Assembly: GCF_009914755.1 (NCBI RefSeq)
Contig: NC_060944.1
DNA length: 64,000 nucleotides
Reading direction: 5' to 3' (one strand)
DNA from: the human T2T-CHM13v2.0 reference genome, Homo sapiens
Shown here: positions 41,266 to 54,829 of the stretch, piece after piece
Numbering within the stretch: the stretch's first letter is position 1
How the letters are laid out: every line of letters starts with the position of its first letter
Program-made: the position numbers and the translations under genes
The notes under the pieces: generated by a model
What the model was told of the DNA's origin: nothing
Seen by the model: the letters and a program-made list of their open reading frames with translations, nothing else
The model's database searches: none

Positions 41266-44158
41266 TATAAAGTAACACTCTTGAACCCACTATCCAGACT
41301 TGAGGTTTTGTTAAGTTACTGTTAAAATTTTGTCAATTTTGCTCTTGAGTTTTCAAAATAAAGAGGTCATTACAGATAAAGTTGAAGTTCCCTTTGTCCC
41401 TTCCCCAGTACCATTCCCCTCCCTTTCAGAGGCACCACCATCATATATTTTTTCTATTTTTACCATAGATATATATCCATGAATAACATTATAAGTCTTC
41501 AGTGCATTTTAAAAAGAGGTCCAATGGTTATGATATAATTTATAACTTTAGTTTTCCATCGCACATTTTTTAAAAAGTCTTTATTTGAGGTTTTCGGCAA
41601 AGTGCTGACAAGGGTAAAACTAGCGTTATAAGATCATGCTGGTTACCAAGTGGAGTATTCCAGATGACAGAGGAGGACCAAAGATGGTGACAATGGGAAG
41701 GAGGAGACAGAGGTAAAAGGAGACTCCACACCACAGGTCACTGGTGATCGCCCTGTGAGGGCAGGGTTGTTTTATACATGCTGTTCTTCAGCACCATGAA
41801 CAGGGCCTGGCTGTTGAAGATGCCCAATAAATATCTGTTGACAGAGAAAGGTTGACAGGGGCAGACGGATCCAGGATGACTCCCAAATTCCTGGCCCAGT
41901 GCAAAAGCCTGGATGATGATCCCAGTCTGCAGTATGAGGGCCCCAGGAGAAGAAGCTGGATTGCAGGGAAAGAAGAATCCAGAAGCCATCTCTCTGATCT
42001 AGAGGAAACGAGGCTGTGCGGTGTGGAAGGGATTAATGTTAGGAAGCAGACCGGACTTCCGTTCTTAGGACAGAAAAAAATCTTGTAGCAGGTAGTTCAA
42101 GGCTACAAAAGATCTGAAGGGACCCAGAGATGGTAAGAGTGGAAAGGTTCAGTCCTGCTGGGGGCAAAGGGATAGTTGAAAAACAAGACAAAAACAATAA
42201 TCACTTTCCTCAGAAGGCCAGGAGGGCAGGGCCCAGCTTCTGCATCAGCCACAATGAGTGTCTTACAGCCCTCTGTGCAGTGGGTACCCACAGCACATTA
42301 GCCAAGGCAGAGGAGGAGGAGGAAGGTATAGTAAGTGCATCTAGGATCATAAAGACCTTGTCAGATGCCCACACTCAACTTTGCTCCCACTCCATATTCA
42401 TCAACAAGATGGAAAAGTGGGGTGCTCACAGCTGCTTCTTAGGACCTATTCTTGACCAAATTCAATTTCTCTATTCAGGGAAGGATGTGAAATATAACCT
42501 GCTTTCCCAACTCTTAAGACCCAGAGCTCTGGCTCTTCACCTTAAAAGGCTGCCCTCTGCAAGAGCTCCCTCAAAGTCACTGCCACCCCCACCTCCTCAC
42601 CCCACCACCCCTGCCCCAGGCACAGCCACCACCCACCCTCTGCTGCTAATTCACCTATAAACGGTCTCTTCCCTTGCGTCTCCACTCAGTTTTGTTCTTT
42701 CTCTAACACGTTCCACTCTCCTGACAGCCCGCCCGATCCTTCCTGTTACCCTAGCACTGACTTCCTAAATGAAGTGCGGTGGCTCACAGATCTGTCCTTC
42801 TCTGTTTTTGTCACTCTTTCCAGCCCCTCACTTGAGCCTTTGGTAGCTTGGTCTCACAATTCTTTGGGTCCTGGCTATGGTTAAGTGGCATTTCTCTACT
42901 TCATCCCTGGGTTCAGAGACAGAAATGCTTTTACCATCCCCAGTGCCCCTCTCTGGGGGGAGCAGAGAGGTCACTTTAGTTTTGTTTGGTCCGGTGGAGT
43001 AAGGCACGCCCTTCTCTCAGAGAGGGAACTGTCATGGATCTAAGCTAGTCCCTGTCCTAGGAGTACTTGCAATTTAGACTTGCTCTTTAGTGAAGGAATG
43101 TTAAATATTGTAAAGCAATGCCGTAGCTGGAGGGGGAGAATCTTGGAATCCCCTTTCCATGAGCCTGCTATTTGAAGGTGTGGTGGGATCCCTTGGAAGT
43201 GTGGGCCCCTTGTACTCTGGATCTAATCCCTAGAGTCACCAAAGGGCCAACGTAATGATTCTCAAACAAATCTGTGATCAGTCCCCTCATACCTTGAACT
43301 TGAGCAGGCTGCTAATTTTTATCAGAGCAATACACCCTGTAGATACCACCTCCCTGAACTCTAAACTGAGCAGAGCTCTAAACCATCAAAGAATCAGGCT
43401 ATATAGATTTCCACTTTAAATGGGTGTAGATTCAACAAGATTCCCAAAAGTCACGTGACTTGCCTCGCTAATCAGGATTCTTCCTCAGTGGGGAAACTTC
43501 TTGGGCCTTTTCTCCTTCTCCTTTTCACCTACCTGAATTATTACATTTATTTATAATTAACATATATTGCATGTAATATTAAAAAAATAAAACTTAGAAA
43601 GACTTGGTGGTGGGTGCTGCTGAATTAGGTATCAGAGCCCCAGTTAGGTGGGTGTCCTGTGGAGTTTCTGATGAATGAAAAGCCATTGTTGGGCACTTTA
43701 AAAACATGGATGCCTTGAGCCCTGGGCAGCCCCAAGGTTGTGCCTACTGAGGGCACCCACAGAGGATTAGAACTGGGGCACTGGAACGAGAGGATCATCA
43801 GAAGCAAGGCCTGGATGCTCAAATTCCCACCACAGTCATAAAACTTAAGAGCATCTAAGTCACAAGCAGCTTTTAGTTTCTTTCTTAAGAATCCAACTAA
43901 TCTTGTGTTCCACCTTGTAGCCTTCTATAAAGTGTGACCATTCACTTGGTTGATGATTAATGATTCAGCTAGCAATTATTAAACAGAAAGGAACCAGAAA
44001 TAAGAATCATAAATTTAAACAAAACATTTCATGTTCTTAATGCTAAACTTGAAGGTAAAACAGTAGGAAGGTAGAAAAAACAATGTTGCTATTTGTTTTG
44101 TTCTTTTAAAGAATGAAGAAGTCAGATTTCCTGGTCCTTGTGTAGGCTTTGTTCCTGA

Positions 44159-44560
44159 CAGGGTTTCTCAAACTTTTCTGCCAAAGTCCCTTTGATATTA
44201 GAGGCAGGAGGGTAAACTTCGACCCCAGCACTCTGGGGGCTTGCCCTGAAGGGCCATTAGCAAGGACCAATTATTTCTTTTTTTTTTAAAGACATGTTTA
44301 ATTAAATAATAGGTTACTTCATCTTCATTATTTGCATTATATAAAAATAGGATTTTTTATTAATAAGAAAATAGCAGATTCTTTTTGTGGCCTTAAGTTT
44401 TAGCTCTAAAATGATGCAAACTTTGCATTTTATAACATAGTATATTTTATACAACTTAATATAAAAATGATATTTTAAACCATCTGCCATCAAAAAACCT
44501 CTGTGGCCCTCGGAGAGGCTTCTTATATATCCGCGGACACCCTCAGCGTGCAGCTACTGC
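44159..44560. mobile_element. Probable hAT-Charlie remnant
   Basis: Begins with Charlie-type terminus cagggtttctcaaacttt followed by an AT-rich interior; right end uncertain. Confidence 0.45.
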
Positions 44561-44919
44561 AGTGGCCTGGGGCACTTGCACCCAGGTGAGAGGTGCTACG
44601 GAGTGTGGTGGTTTGTTAAACTAGCTGCCACTGTCCCAGGTTGTATCTTTAATGACTACCATTTAGGGAGCACTACTATGTGCCAGACTCTACGCCAAAT
44701 GCTTTTATATGCTTATGCCATTTAAATTCTCACAACCACCTGCCTAAGGCCACACAGCTGTAAGGTGGCAGAGTGGGGATTCAAACACCTGTCTGCTTGG
44801 TTTCAAAGCCAACTGTGACCCCCTGCTGACTCTTAGAGGCCAAGGCTGAAGACTCTGGCTGAGTGAGTGGTGGTGATCTGGGGAAAGGACTGTTGTGGTG
44901 CATCTGGAAAGAGTGTGGG

Positions 44920-45041
44920 GGGTGTTCCGAAGGTAGTGCCTTATCTCAACTGATTGTTCACAATCAGTTACAGATCAAACTCCTTGTTCTGCTCCTTCTC
45001 CCTTCTCACTACTGCACTTGACCAGTCTTTAAAAAAAAAAA
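44920..45041 (+). pseudogene. Y1 RNA (RNY1-derived) processed pseudogene with A tail
   Basis: tccgaaggtagtgccttatctcaactgattgttcacaatcagttacagatcaaactccttgttct...ccttctcactactgcacttgaccagtcttt + A11 matches hY1 over nearly its full length. Confidence 0.95.
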
Positions 45042-45199
45042 TACATACAATGCAGGTCTAATACGACAAGGGTCAGAAAAGCTAGGCTTAGGTCTAGCTC
45101 TGCCTTTGACTAGCTATAGATTCTTTAGGGAGGCCCTCAGCCCCGTCTATAAATGGGACTATAAAGGTCTGTGAAAGGGGCAATGGAAAAAAGATGAAT

Positions 45200-45420
45200 G
45201 TTGAGCCACATCTCAGGCTCCTTTCTTGCTCCACTGCTTATCAGCTGTGTCATCTTAGGCACATCACTACAACTCTAGGCCTGTTTCCTCACTTCTAAAA
45301 TGTGAAGAACAATACCCACCTCACAGGGCTGCTGTGGGGATGAAAAATAATACCCATGAAACACCTGGAACAGAGTTTACATATAGTAGTTGCACAATAA
45401 ATGCTTCCCAATAGTAGTTA
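45200..45420 (+). mobile_element. MIR
   Basis: cagctgtgtcatcttaggcac...tgtttcctcacttctaaaatg...caataaatgc. Confidence 0.8.
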
Positions 45421-45586
45421 TCCTTGTAATAGTGGTATTAGCGATACTACTAAAGTATTATTATGTAAAGTAGTATTAGCAATGCTACTAAAGTATTCAT
45501 ATTTAAAATTGTGATTATTAAAGTGAGAAAAATGTATGAAAGGAATACTACAAATTAAGGTAATCCATTAAAAATAAGGAGCTGGA

Positions 45587-45890
<304 letters not shown>

Positions 45891-46469
45891 AAGGAGCTGG
45901 AGGAGGCCCACCTTAATGTACGCCAAAATAGTTCTGCTTGTTGAAGGCCTGGAGTTCCCTGCAACAGGTGGGGAAGGGGATTAGCCTGGGGAAATAATGC
46001 CTGGGGCAAGTTGAAGCAGAGTTAGGGAAGATCCAGGTCCCTCTGCTGAGGGACAGTTTGGAGGACAGAGCCTGACCCTCCATGAAGAGAGACTCTCAAG
46101 GTCTCTTTTAGCTTTAACATTGGCTAAGTGTGATTCTATGACTCAACCAGTCTGCCCTAATTCCTCAGTGTGGGCAGGACATGAAAGACCCCCCACCAGT
46201 ATCTCAGTGAGTTTGTGTGGCCCTCACCTTGGCAGCCATACACAGACACTTCCCAGAGTCTCAGTGATGACGATTCTCTCTAAAGGGAACCCAAGCCTTA
46301 ACCAAATACCACCTCTCCATCTTCCTGCTGGGGCCTTTCAAGTCAGCCTAGAGGGAGTTTTCCAGAGCAGGTGGCTTCCTGAGTGGCCAAGATCATGTGG
46401 GCAGGATAGGTTCTCTTCTCGCTGGGTCTTTCCCCACTAAGCTGGTGTCCCAGGCACCTCTCTCAGTTT

Positions 46470-46800
46470 GGAAATCAGATTCTTTATGGTTTATTTTTGA
46501 CACCAGATCATCTCTGCCCAAGTTTCATCAATTTGTCACTGTTTTTATTGTCAGCAATTGCCCATAACTGTAGCACATTTAAAATGTCATTGATCTTGGA
46601 TTAACAGTGTCATAATCGGACAGTAATAGGTGTAGCCAGAACAGGAAGCCCAGGCCCTGAGATTGATGGCGCACAGCACACCAATTATATTCTGTCCATG
46701 TAAGTGATAAAAGAGTATGTAGGAGGCATTCAATAGATAAATTAGATATCGCTCCCAATTATGTCCTTTATTTTATGGAGTCATATGCTGCCCTTAGAAC
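46470..46800. promoter_or_regulatory. HOX/PBX/MEIS motif cluster (candidate conserved enhancer)
   Basis: TTTATGG x2, several TGTCA/TGACA, CATCAAT and AGATTGATGG (46660-46669) in non-repetitive AT-rich sequence. Confidence 0.6.
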
Positions 46801-48499
46801 TTTTTTTCTTCATTTGGCTTGTAAAGGGGAATTACCTGACCCCCCTAAAGACTGGGACTGCCTCCCCTGCCTGTCCCAACTTGGGTTCTACCCTGATCCC
46901 TTCTGACTGGCTCATAGTCTTTCACCTGGGCTTTCTCTGGGACTCACCTAGGAGTTCCCCAGTGTGGTAGGTCCACAGGTGTAAAGGGAAGGAGGCAGAG
47001 GTGCTTCACCATTTGGGAAGGAGTTGGGTCAGGCCTTTGGGAAGGACTAGGAAGTCTGGCAATGTCTTTAATGTGACACTGCCCCAATAAATGAGACCTG
47101 GAGAGGGGCTGGAAAATGGGTAAAAATCCTCCAGTCCAGACAACAGAGCCTTCAAATTAGGACAACGAGTAATTGGCTATGAATGGGGAGGAAGAGGATG
47201 GTAAAAAGGTTTTCAGTCCTGAAGAAGTGAATTCATCCACCCCTCTACCTCCACTCCAGACTGGGTGGGGCCAATTCAAGCCCTTCCTCGGAAGAACTCC
47301 CGGAATCTTCCACATCCCCATTCTGATCCATATCAGATGACTTCCTCAGCTCAAGTCCTAGCTCTGCCACTGTGGTAGGGACATAATGTCAGCTTTCCTG
47401 GGGGAGGAAGAGGGCTCCTGTTTGCGAAAAAGCCCCAAGAATGGTTCATTTCCAAGAAGAGAGCTCACCTGAGGCAGGGAAGTGCCTGGCCAAGGAATAG
47501 AGGTACAGTGAAGGCATAACTTTATTAGAGGCCTGGTTTATAAGCATCTTAAACTCTGAGAACAGCCTTGACCTGGTCCAGACCCCTGTTTCCCCATCCC
47601 CCAAAGCCAGCAGGAAACACAGCAGAGGCCGAGACACCAAGTAGTAAACAGTGATCTAGGTCCATTGATCGAGCTTTCAAAGAGAGAGTGTCCATGGGTT
47701 GGGCTGCTCCCCATTGCCCTGTTGCCATCTCAATGTTATAAATAATTCTGGCACTAAGTGTCCTGTTACACGGAGAGGAAGTAGATCTTATGGCGTGAAA
47801 CCTGAGAATATGGGTCATGGGAAGAGGGGTGACTGGGGGCAGGGGTAGAGATGGGGAGCGATCACCCCAAGGCTCCTCAACTATACCCCTAGGCTGGTGA
47901 TAGATGAATTTCTGGAGCAGAGGATGGCATTTCAAGTGAAATGGTTATAGGAAATGAGTGTGATTTAAACAACGTCTTGGGTGATAAGCACCAGCCAGCT
48001 GGGGGGAGATGGCAGGCTAGAAGTGGAGGAATCAAAAGCCCAGAGGCCCCCAGTGTTAAGTAGCTGTCTGAAGCTCCGCTCAAACACACGCAAAAGCTTT
48101 GGTCTCAATATGTTTTTAAGAGCTGGTTATGATTTCCTTGAGGGCTGCTCAGATTAAGACTAGAGTGGAGCCCCCAGCTAAGCACCTCAATAACTGTCCA
48201 TCACATCCTCTTTAGAAACAGCAGTCTCTTCCCCTTGGCTCAGGGACCCTGTAACTGGGGAGGGCTGTGAAGCTGCATGGCTTGTCAGCCTGTTCCCAGA
48301 CAGCATGGTGCCTGTCTGTCCTTTGCCTGGGGTCCTGCCCCAGATCCCAGGAACAGAGATTGAGCCCCACCCACAGAGATCTCTCAGTATTCAAGAAGAG
48401 AGAAAACATACAACCTAGAAAAGAAGAGAGGAAGCAAAGAGAGCAAAAGGATGGAAGCCAAGGAAGAGGAAACTGCCACCAAATCCAGAATTTGGGCCT

Positions 48500-49500
48500 T
48501 TCTCACCACATGCACTGCTGCCATCCTGGTCCAAGCCACACATTTCTCACTTGGATTAGTGCAATGACCTTTCAACAAGTCTCCCTGCATCTTCCCTTGG
48601 CCCCCTGTGATCTATTCTCAACACAAAACACAAAAAGACTATTTAAAAACTGAAGTCCAGGCCAGGTGTAGTGGCTCACGACTGTAATCCCAGCACTTTG
48701 GGAGGCCAAGGTGGGTGGATCATGAGGTCAGGAGCTCAAGACCAGCCTGGCCAAGATGGTGAAACCCCGTCTCTACTAAAACTACAAAAATTAGCTGGGC
48801 ATGGTGGCAGGTGCCTGTAATCCCAGCTACTTGGGAGGCTGAGGCATAAGAATCACTTGAACCTGGGTGGCAGAAGTTGTAGTGAGTCAAGATTGTGGCA
48901 CTGCACTCTAGCTTGGGTGACAGGGTGAGACTGTCTCTCAAAACAAAGCAAGACCCTGAAGTCCAATCATGTCTCTCCTCTCTACTTCACTCCGAGTAAA
49001 AAGCAAAGTCCTTAAGTTGACTTACGAGGCCAAACATCATCTGTTCCCTCCTTACCTCTCTGATGCCATCTGCCCCCACTCTTGCTCACTCCCACAGACT
49101 TGCCAGGCATGTTCCTGCCTCAGGGACTTAGCACCAGCCACTCCCTCTACTTGGAATACTCTTGCCAAGATGTCTATGGGGTTTACTTCCTCTCTCACCT
49201 CTAAGTCTTTGTTCAAATACCATATTCTCAGTGAGATCTCCTTGACAACCATATTAAAAACCTCAGATTTCCCCTCCATGCTGATCTTTCTGTACGTGAT
49301 CTATTCCTTTTCTGTAACAATTATCATTTTCTAATATATGATATAATTTACTTATTTAGTAAGAATATTGTTCATTATCTGTCTCTCTCTGCTAGAATGT
49401 AAACTCCACACAGGCGGGGGGTCTTTCTCGGTTTTGATCACCAATGTATTCTAAGAACTTAGAATAGTGCTCAATAATAATTGCTTAGTGTGTAAATGCA
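48500..49500 (+). mobile_element. L2 element interrupted by Alu
   Basis: ccatcctggtccaagccac...cctgcctcagggacttagcac...ctagaatgtaaactcc...gtgctcaataa. Confidence 0.8.
48660..48950 (+). mobile_element. AluS
   Basis: Full dimer; TSD ctgaagtcca. Confidence 0.93.
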
Positions 49501-52500
49501 AAGGATGAGGTTCACCAGGGGAGGGTTTGGAGAAGAGACCAGAGGGGAGGCCATCCCAGGCTTGGGGTGAACTTGTGCCTTATCTCACAACAGGCCATGT
49601 GTGAGGATCTGAGAGTCAGAGTGTTGGACACAAGTTCATGAGTTGGGCTAGGCCATCACCTAAAATGGAGAGATTCAGTTAACAAAGAGACTAGGCTGGA
49701 TTTACCTCCCGAATCTGGTGGAGGACTTGGCTTTAGGTTGGGATTTTACCATCTTCATGACCAAAGCATACTTGGGGATAATAATGCCAAAGGGATGTGC
49801 AGGGCAAGAATGAGGTGGTTGGGAATGGAGGCACACTGGGAATTCAGGTGGGGGAGGGTAGCTGAAAGAACAGGCATGTGTCTTCTAAGTCTGGAAAAAA
49901 GATTGAGGTGGAATTAGAGGGCCTGAAGGAAAATTGTGTATGCAAGTGAGAGGAAGAGCCTGGGTCCCTGGAAGCTATCATCTCCAAGAGCATGTTCCAT
50001 CTCCACTGACGGCAGAATCAAAAGCCATGGGCTGCACCTAAAGTTGAAGGAACTAGAATGAGACATCAAGGAAGGCCTCCCAATAATGTGACAGGTGGTG
50101 GAGGGGAAGCACTGGGCCTTGTTCTCTGGAAAACTTGAGCAGGACCTAACTGGGTGCATACCTGAGCCAGGCTAACCCAGAGGGCACTGTGAGGCTCTGG
50201 GGTGGGAGTGTGGTATTAGAGCCCCTGAGAGGCTTCCTGCCTCTGCCTGGCTCCCAACTCCATCCTCTCACCTGTGAGGCTTCTGAGCTTCTAAGCATGC
50301 AGAAATGTCCTCTCTCCTGACCTCAAGTTTCTGCATCTTTTCAGAGTGGAAACTGAGAGTATGTAGTATTCCAAGGCCCCACCAGTCCAGGGGCCAAAAC
50401 ATGTGTACCACCTCTCCTCAGAATATCAGTGCTCAACTCAGTTTTGTGATGGCCTCAGGGTACAAGCCAGGAGAAGTAGAAAATACCTTTGGAGGTTATA
50501 CAATTCAGTGGTTACTGCAGTTATAATGGAGTGAGGACATGGGTGGCCTGGGAGTTCTGAGGTTCCGGGGAGACTTACTTGTCACTGTATAACTTTTGGT
50601 GCCTTTTGTGTTTTGAACCATGTACATGTATTTCCTATTCAAAAAACATAAAACTATTAAAATCAGATGAAAGCAACAACAATAATAACAACAAAGAATA
50701 GGTCTAGGGAAGTGGGAACTTGATGCCTCCAATTGCTACCCTGAAGGCAATGACCTGCCTCCTCTTGCCCATGTGTACCCTCCTCCACATCTGGCATCTC
50801 CATTCTCTAGAGGCTCAGAGAGGGGTGTGGCTGGCCTGATGTCACCCAGCATTTAAGACTAGCAAAATTCTGGGGCTTAGCTGTCCAGACTTTCAGTGTT
50901 GTCTTTCTTTTCTGATCCTCAATGACCCCGTCTACTCATTGACCTCTCCATGTTTTTGGCAGAACTTTGCATATGCTACAAATCAACCTTCAATGGGTTA
51001 TTTTTAAAACTGTGTGGTCTTAAATGCCATCTTTTCCAGGAAGTAATATATTTTCACAAAGAGAAAGAGATGACAGCTCTCCTCTCCCCCTGGTGTGGTG
51101 TCTGATGGTTCATTCTCTCCCTTCCTGCCTCCCTCCTCCCTACCACCCTCTACCACTAAAGTGGCTCTCCACTGAAACTTGGCCCTGTCTCTGATGAGAT
51201 ATGTGACCTTGAGCAAGTCATTTAACTTTTCTGTGTGTCTGTTTCTTCATCTAAAATTGAGGATCCTGACCTTCCTCCCATGGCTCTTCACTTATGCATT
51301 TGTACAGCAAGCATGTATTCTGTGCCTGGTGCTGAACCTGGCAGTAAGGATCACACAAGAGAATGTATGTGAAGTTAACACAGAGACACAGAGAGTTACG
51401 CCAAGGCCTCCTTCCTTGGATGCTCTTCTGGGCTGGGTGCTCCAACCCCCTCATCTGGCATGCACTTGGAGGAACTGTTTCACAGTCTACTCCAAACCTC
51501 TCAACTTCTAGCATTGCTTCTGGGCTGAAGCCGATATCCTGCTCTGCATGAATGGTCAGGGGGTGCAGAAATAGCCTATTTCCCAGGCTTTTTCATTTGG
51601 TTAGATCCTTAGGCACCACTTTGCCTACAAGAAGGAATAATGCTGAAATCTGTCTGTTGGTCTTTAGTCTGGAATTTTCAGTGTCCACCTCTCTTGCCCT
51701 CTGTTGGCCTTTCCCTGGGAGTTGGGCTGGAACAAGGGGTAGGAAACGGATTCTATTCGTGTCCTCGCTCTGCTCATTTCTCTCCTTTCCTGAATCCCAT
51801 GCATCCATGGAGATTGGTACAGTGGCAAAGATTCTGGGATTGGAAACTCACATTTGTCTCCCTCCAAATGTAAGCTGGACTGTGGAGGAAAGATGGTCCC
51901 TTCTTTAAAATGAACACCACCATCTCAGAGTATACAGGAGCTTGCTTCAGGCAGAGGAGGCAGAGCTGCCTTCCAGAGCTCTTGGCAGGAAGCTGTCCCC
52001 ACTCCCTGCCTGACCACCGGGGATTGGGTGAGCATCACTGGGAGGGAGGGGTGTTTGTAGAAAAAACGTGCTGCTTCAGCCCTGGTCATTGCTGATGGAC
52101 CATGACAGCAAGGAAGGTCAAGTCCAGACTAAGGAGGTACTTCTGGTTGTCAGGGACTGGGTTTAAGGTGAGAGGTTGGTTGGAACTACTCAGACATGGT
52201 CTTCCCAGAGCAAGGAGGAAGGATGAGATGATCTGGGAGTTGTGAAGGACTCAGGGGTTCCATGATGTTGCAGAGCTGGCAGTGACTGGGAGGATGCCAG
52301 GGAGATGTCAGTTCACCCATGTCTAGAGCAGAAACCCCATGGTCAGAGACCAGGTATCTGGAACCCCAACATTCCCAGCATAATGCCTCGCACAAGGCTA
52401 ACTGGAGACTGAGGAAGACAAGTCCTTCCCTGGAAGATGGTGACAACACTGTGCTCACAGAAGGACAGCTACTTTAAAGCCCCAGCAAGAAAATGGTCCC

Positions 52501-52879
52501 AGACTGTGGGACCTGGAAGTACTTCTTCATGTCCAGCCTCAATCCTCCTTACCACAGCTCGACTGGATCTCAGTGCAACCTGTGGGATTTGTCCATGCCC
52601 AGAGGAGAAACCCAGCAAGGAATATGGACTTTGCTTTTAGGCCTACCCTGTTGGCTGTGGGAGATAGAACAAGTTGGCCAAACTGTCAAGTACCTGTCTC
52701 CACACCTGGGGAGTCCCCAGGAAAGTGGAGAGGGAAGATCTTCCAGGGAACGGCCATCCTCCATGAGGAGATAAGCAGAACAGCAGAGGGAAAGGAAGGT
52801 TCAGTGGCCAGGAGAGGTGGGGCTCAGGGAGTCCCTCCTGGCTGGGGGTGAGGGAGCTTCCTGGATGCTCAGCCTCTCC

Positions 52880-52992
52880 AAGCCCCTGAGGAAAGACTGT
52901 AGCTTCTGGAGGGCAGGAGCTGATCCTGCATCATCCAGGCAGTCCAGTGCCCAGCACACAGCAGATGCTCAAAACACATGGGTTGAATGAAT
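52880..52992 (+). mobile_element. L2 3' end
   Basis: agactgtagcttctggagggcagg...cagtgcccagcacacagcagatgctcaa...gttgaatgaatga. Confidence 0.75.
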
Positions 52993-53479
52993 GAGCCTGT
53001 GGTCAAGAGCCTGCCCAGCCAGCAGGTGGAGTGGGTCTTTGGAGAAGGGATTCCCCTCTCTGGGCCTCCATTTGTTCATTTGTAGAATGAGGGGCTGCAG
53101 TAGATTGTCTCTAAGGTTTTGTCGGCCCCTGACGATCTGTGGTTTCCTGTTTCCCTGCTCTCTCGTCAATTCCTTGCCAATTCTCTTTCCCTCTACAGCT
53201 TCTCTTTTCCTTTCCCTTTAAGTCTTTTTCTTCCACTAACCCCCAATCTCTGCACCCCCATTTTCAGTCTCTCCCCTCCCCAGACAATTTATCTGGCTTT
53301 CCCCTTTACAGGTATTTCTTCCTCTCTGCTTCTGGTAACTGCCCCCATCACTACTCTTCCCTGATGCCTTCAGTGTTCTGCGCCCCCTGCCCCCCAAAAG
53401 TCTCCCATTCTAGTGCCCCTTTCATCCACCTTAGATCCCAGAGGCGGGAGATTGGAAGAAAAGGAGGAGGGTCCTAAAG

Positions 53480-53850
53480 CAGCCTCTCCCCTGCCCCTGC
53501 AGTGCCCCACAGCGATGTCCTCGTCCCCCCGCACCACCCTCCTCCCCGCCACGCCTCTCCCTCAGCAGCCGGTGCCGCACTGAGCCCTCGCCCCACGCTA
53601 ATGCGATCTGGAGAGACCCGGGCGGGGCGGGCGGCGGGCAGTCTGGCCCAGCGTCCAGGGCGGCGCTGATGGATGGTCCCCTGACAGTAATCGCAGAATG
53701 AGGACGCGCCAGCGACGCTCTTGCCCGAGGCCCCGCTGTTTGGCGAGCCCGGGAGTCCCTCCCTCCGCAGCGTCTGCCTTCCAGGCGCTCTCAACTCACT
53801 CGGCTTTGCGGGAGGCTCAAAGCCTCAGGTTAGGGCAGAGGTGCGGGCTT
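53480..53850. promoter_or_regulatory. CpG island with GC boxes and a PBX-HOX1 + MEIS/PREP module
   Basis: GGGCGGGGCGGG ~53620; TGATGGATGG 53667-53676; TGACAG 53682-53687; TAAT 53688-53691. Confidence 0.7.
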
Positions 53851-54829
53851 CCTCTGCTCTCTCTCTCCCAAGACACTGGTTTCTGTTTGGGAGCAGATCC
53901 CTTCTTGGATCCACGCTGCTTCTGCGATTCTGAACAAGCCATCAATCTCCTGAGTCTCAGTTCTCCCTTCTGTATAATGGCCTTTAAAGCCTGGTGGAGT
54001 GTTGGGGGCACAGGAGATAATACTGGGGAAAATCACGCTCTCTCTTAAGTAGAAACCGAATTTCACTTTTAGTTTACAATGCTCAGAATAATCTGGGCCA
54101 AATGTGCGAAGCCAAGTAAGAGCTGAGTGGCTACTCACACACAGAATATATGTTTATACACATACACATAATGTTTTTAGCATACCATGACTGCTTAGAC
54201 GTCTTTAAAGAGAACACTAGCCCAGGTCCTTCTCCAGGGAGGCGACTGTCTCCAGCAGGACTTTTTCTCCCCTCTACTGAGGCCACCTACCTGTCTTAAG
54301 CCCCCAGACCCCATCCGTTCTGGGGTTCCCCTGCAATCCAGAGCCAGGCTGAGGTGGTATGCGGGAAGATCTCCCTTTGGAAAATGTTTCTGGATAATTT
54401 CCCAACTCCTTGACCATGTTCTCCCCACCTCACCCACATTCAGATAACACAGGTTCTAAGGCTCCTTCACTCCTCCACCCCCGGGGGGGATACTCCTTGG
54501 GCCTGGCCCTGTGGAGGAGCTGGGAGGTGGGATCCAGAACCAATTGCAATTCTGGACGCACACTCAACCGCCTCCTCACTCCCTTTTAACCTTTCCCTCT
54601 CGTCAGAAGCCAAATTGAGATAGTCTTGAGTTTTGATTTAATTCCCGAAATGGAGTCATAATCTGCTTAGTGTCCTTTTTCCCGAGTCCTAGATACTGAA
54701 GTGTGTGTGTCTGTCAGGGGGAGTTAAAAGAGCAGCTCTGTGACCTTTGGAGGACCCTCACACTCACTCATCTCCCAAACACCACCAAAGAGCAGGAGAC
54801 GCCATGGCCCTGAGTTGCTGGGTAGTATG

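Noticed and set aside
42130-42660. 176-aa ORF
   Set aside because: No homology recognisable, low-complexity ends and no supporting exon structure.
45431-45497. 29-bp imperfect direct repeat with a short spacer
   Set aside because: Only two copies in eukaryotic DNA; a simple local duplication, not a CRISPR-like array.
53019-53031. CTCF-like CCAGCAGGTGGAG
   Set aside because: Single imperfect match inside decayed L2/MIR sequence; too common by chance.
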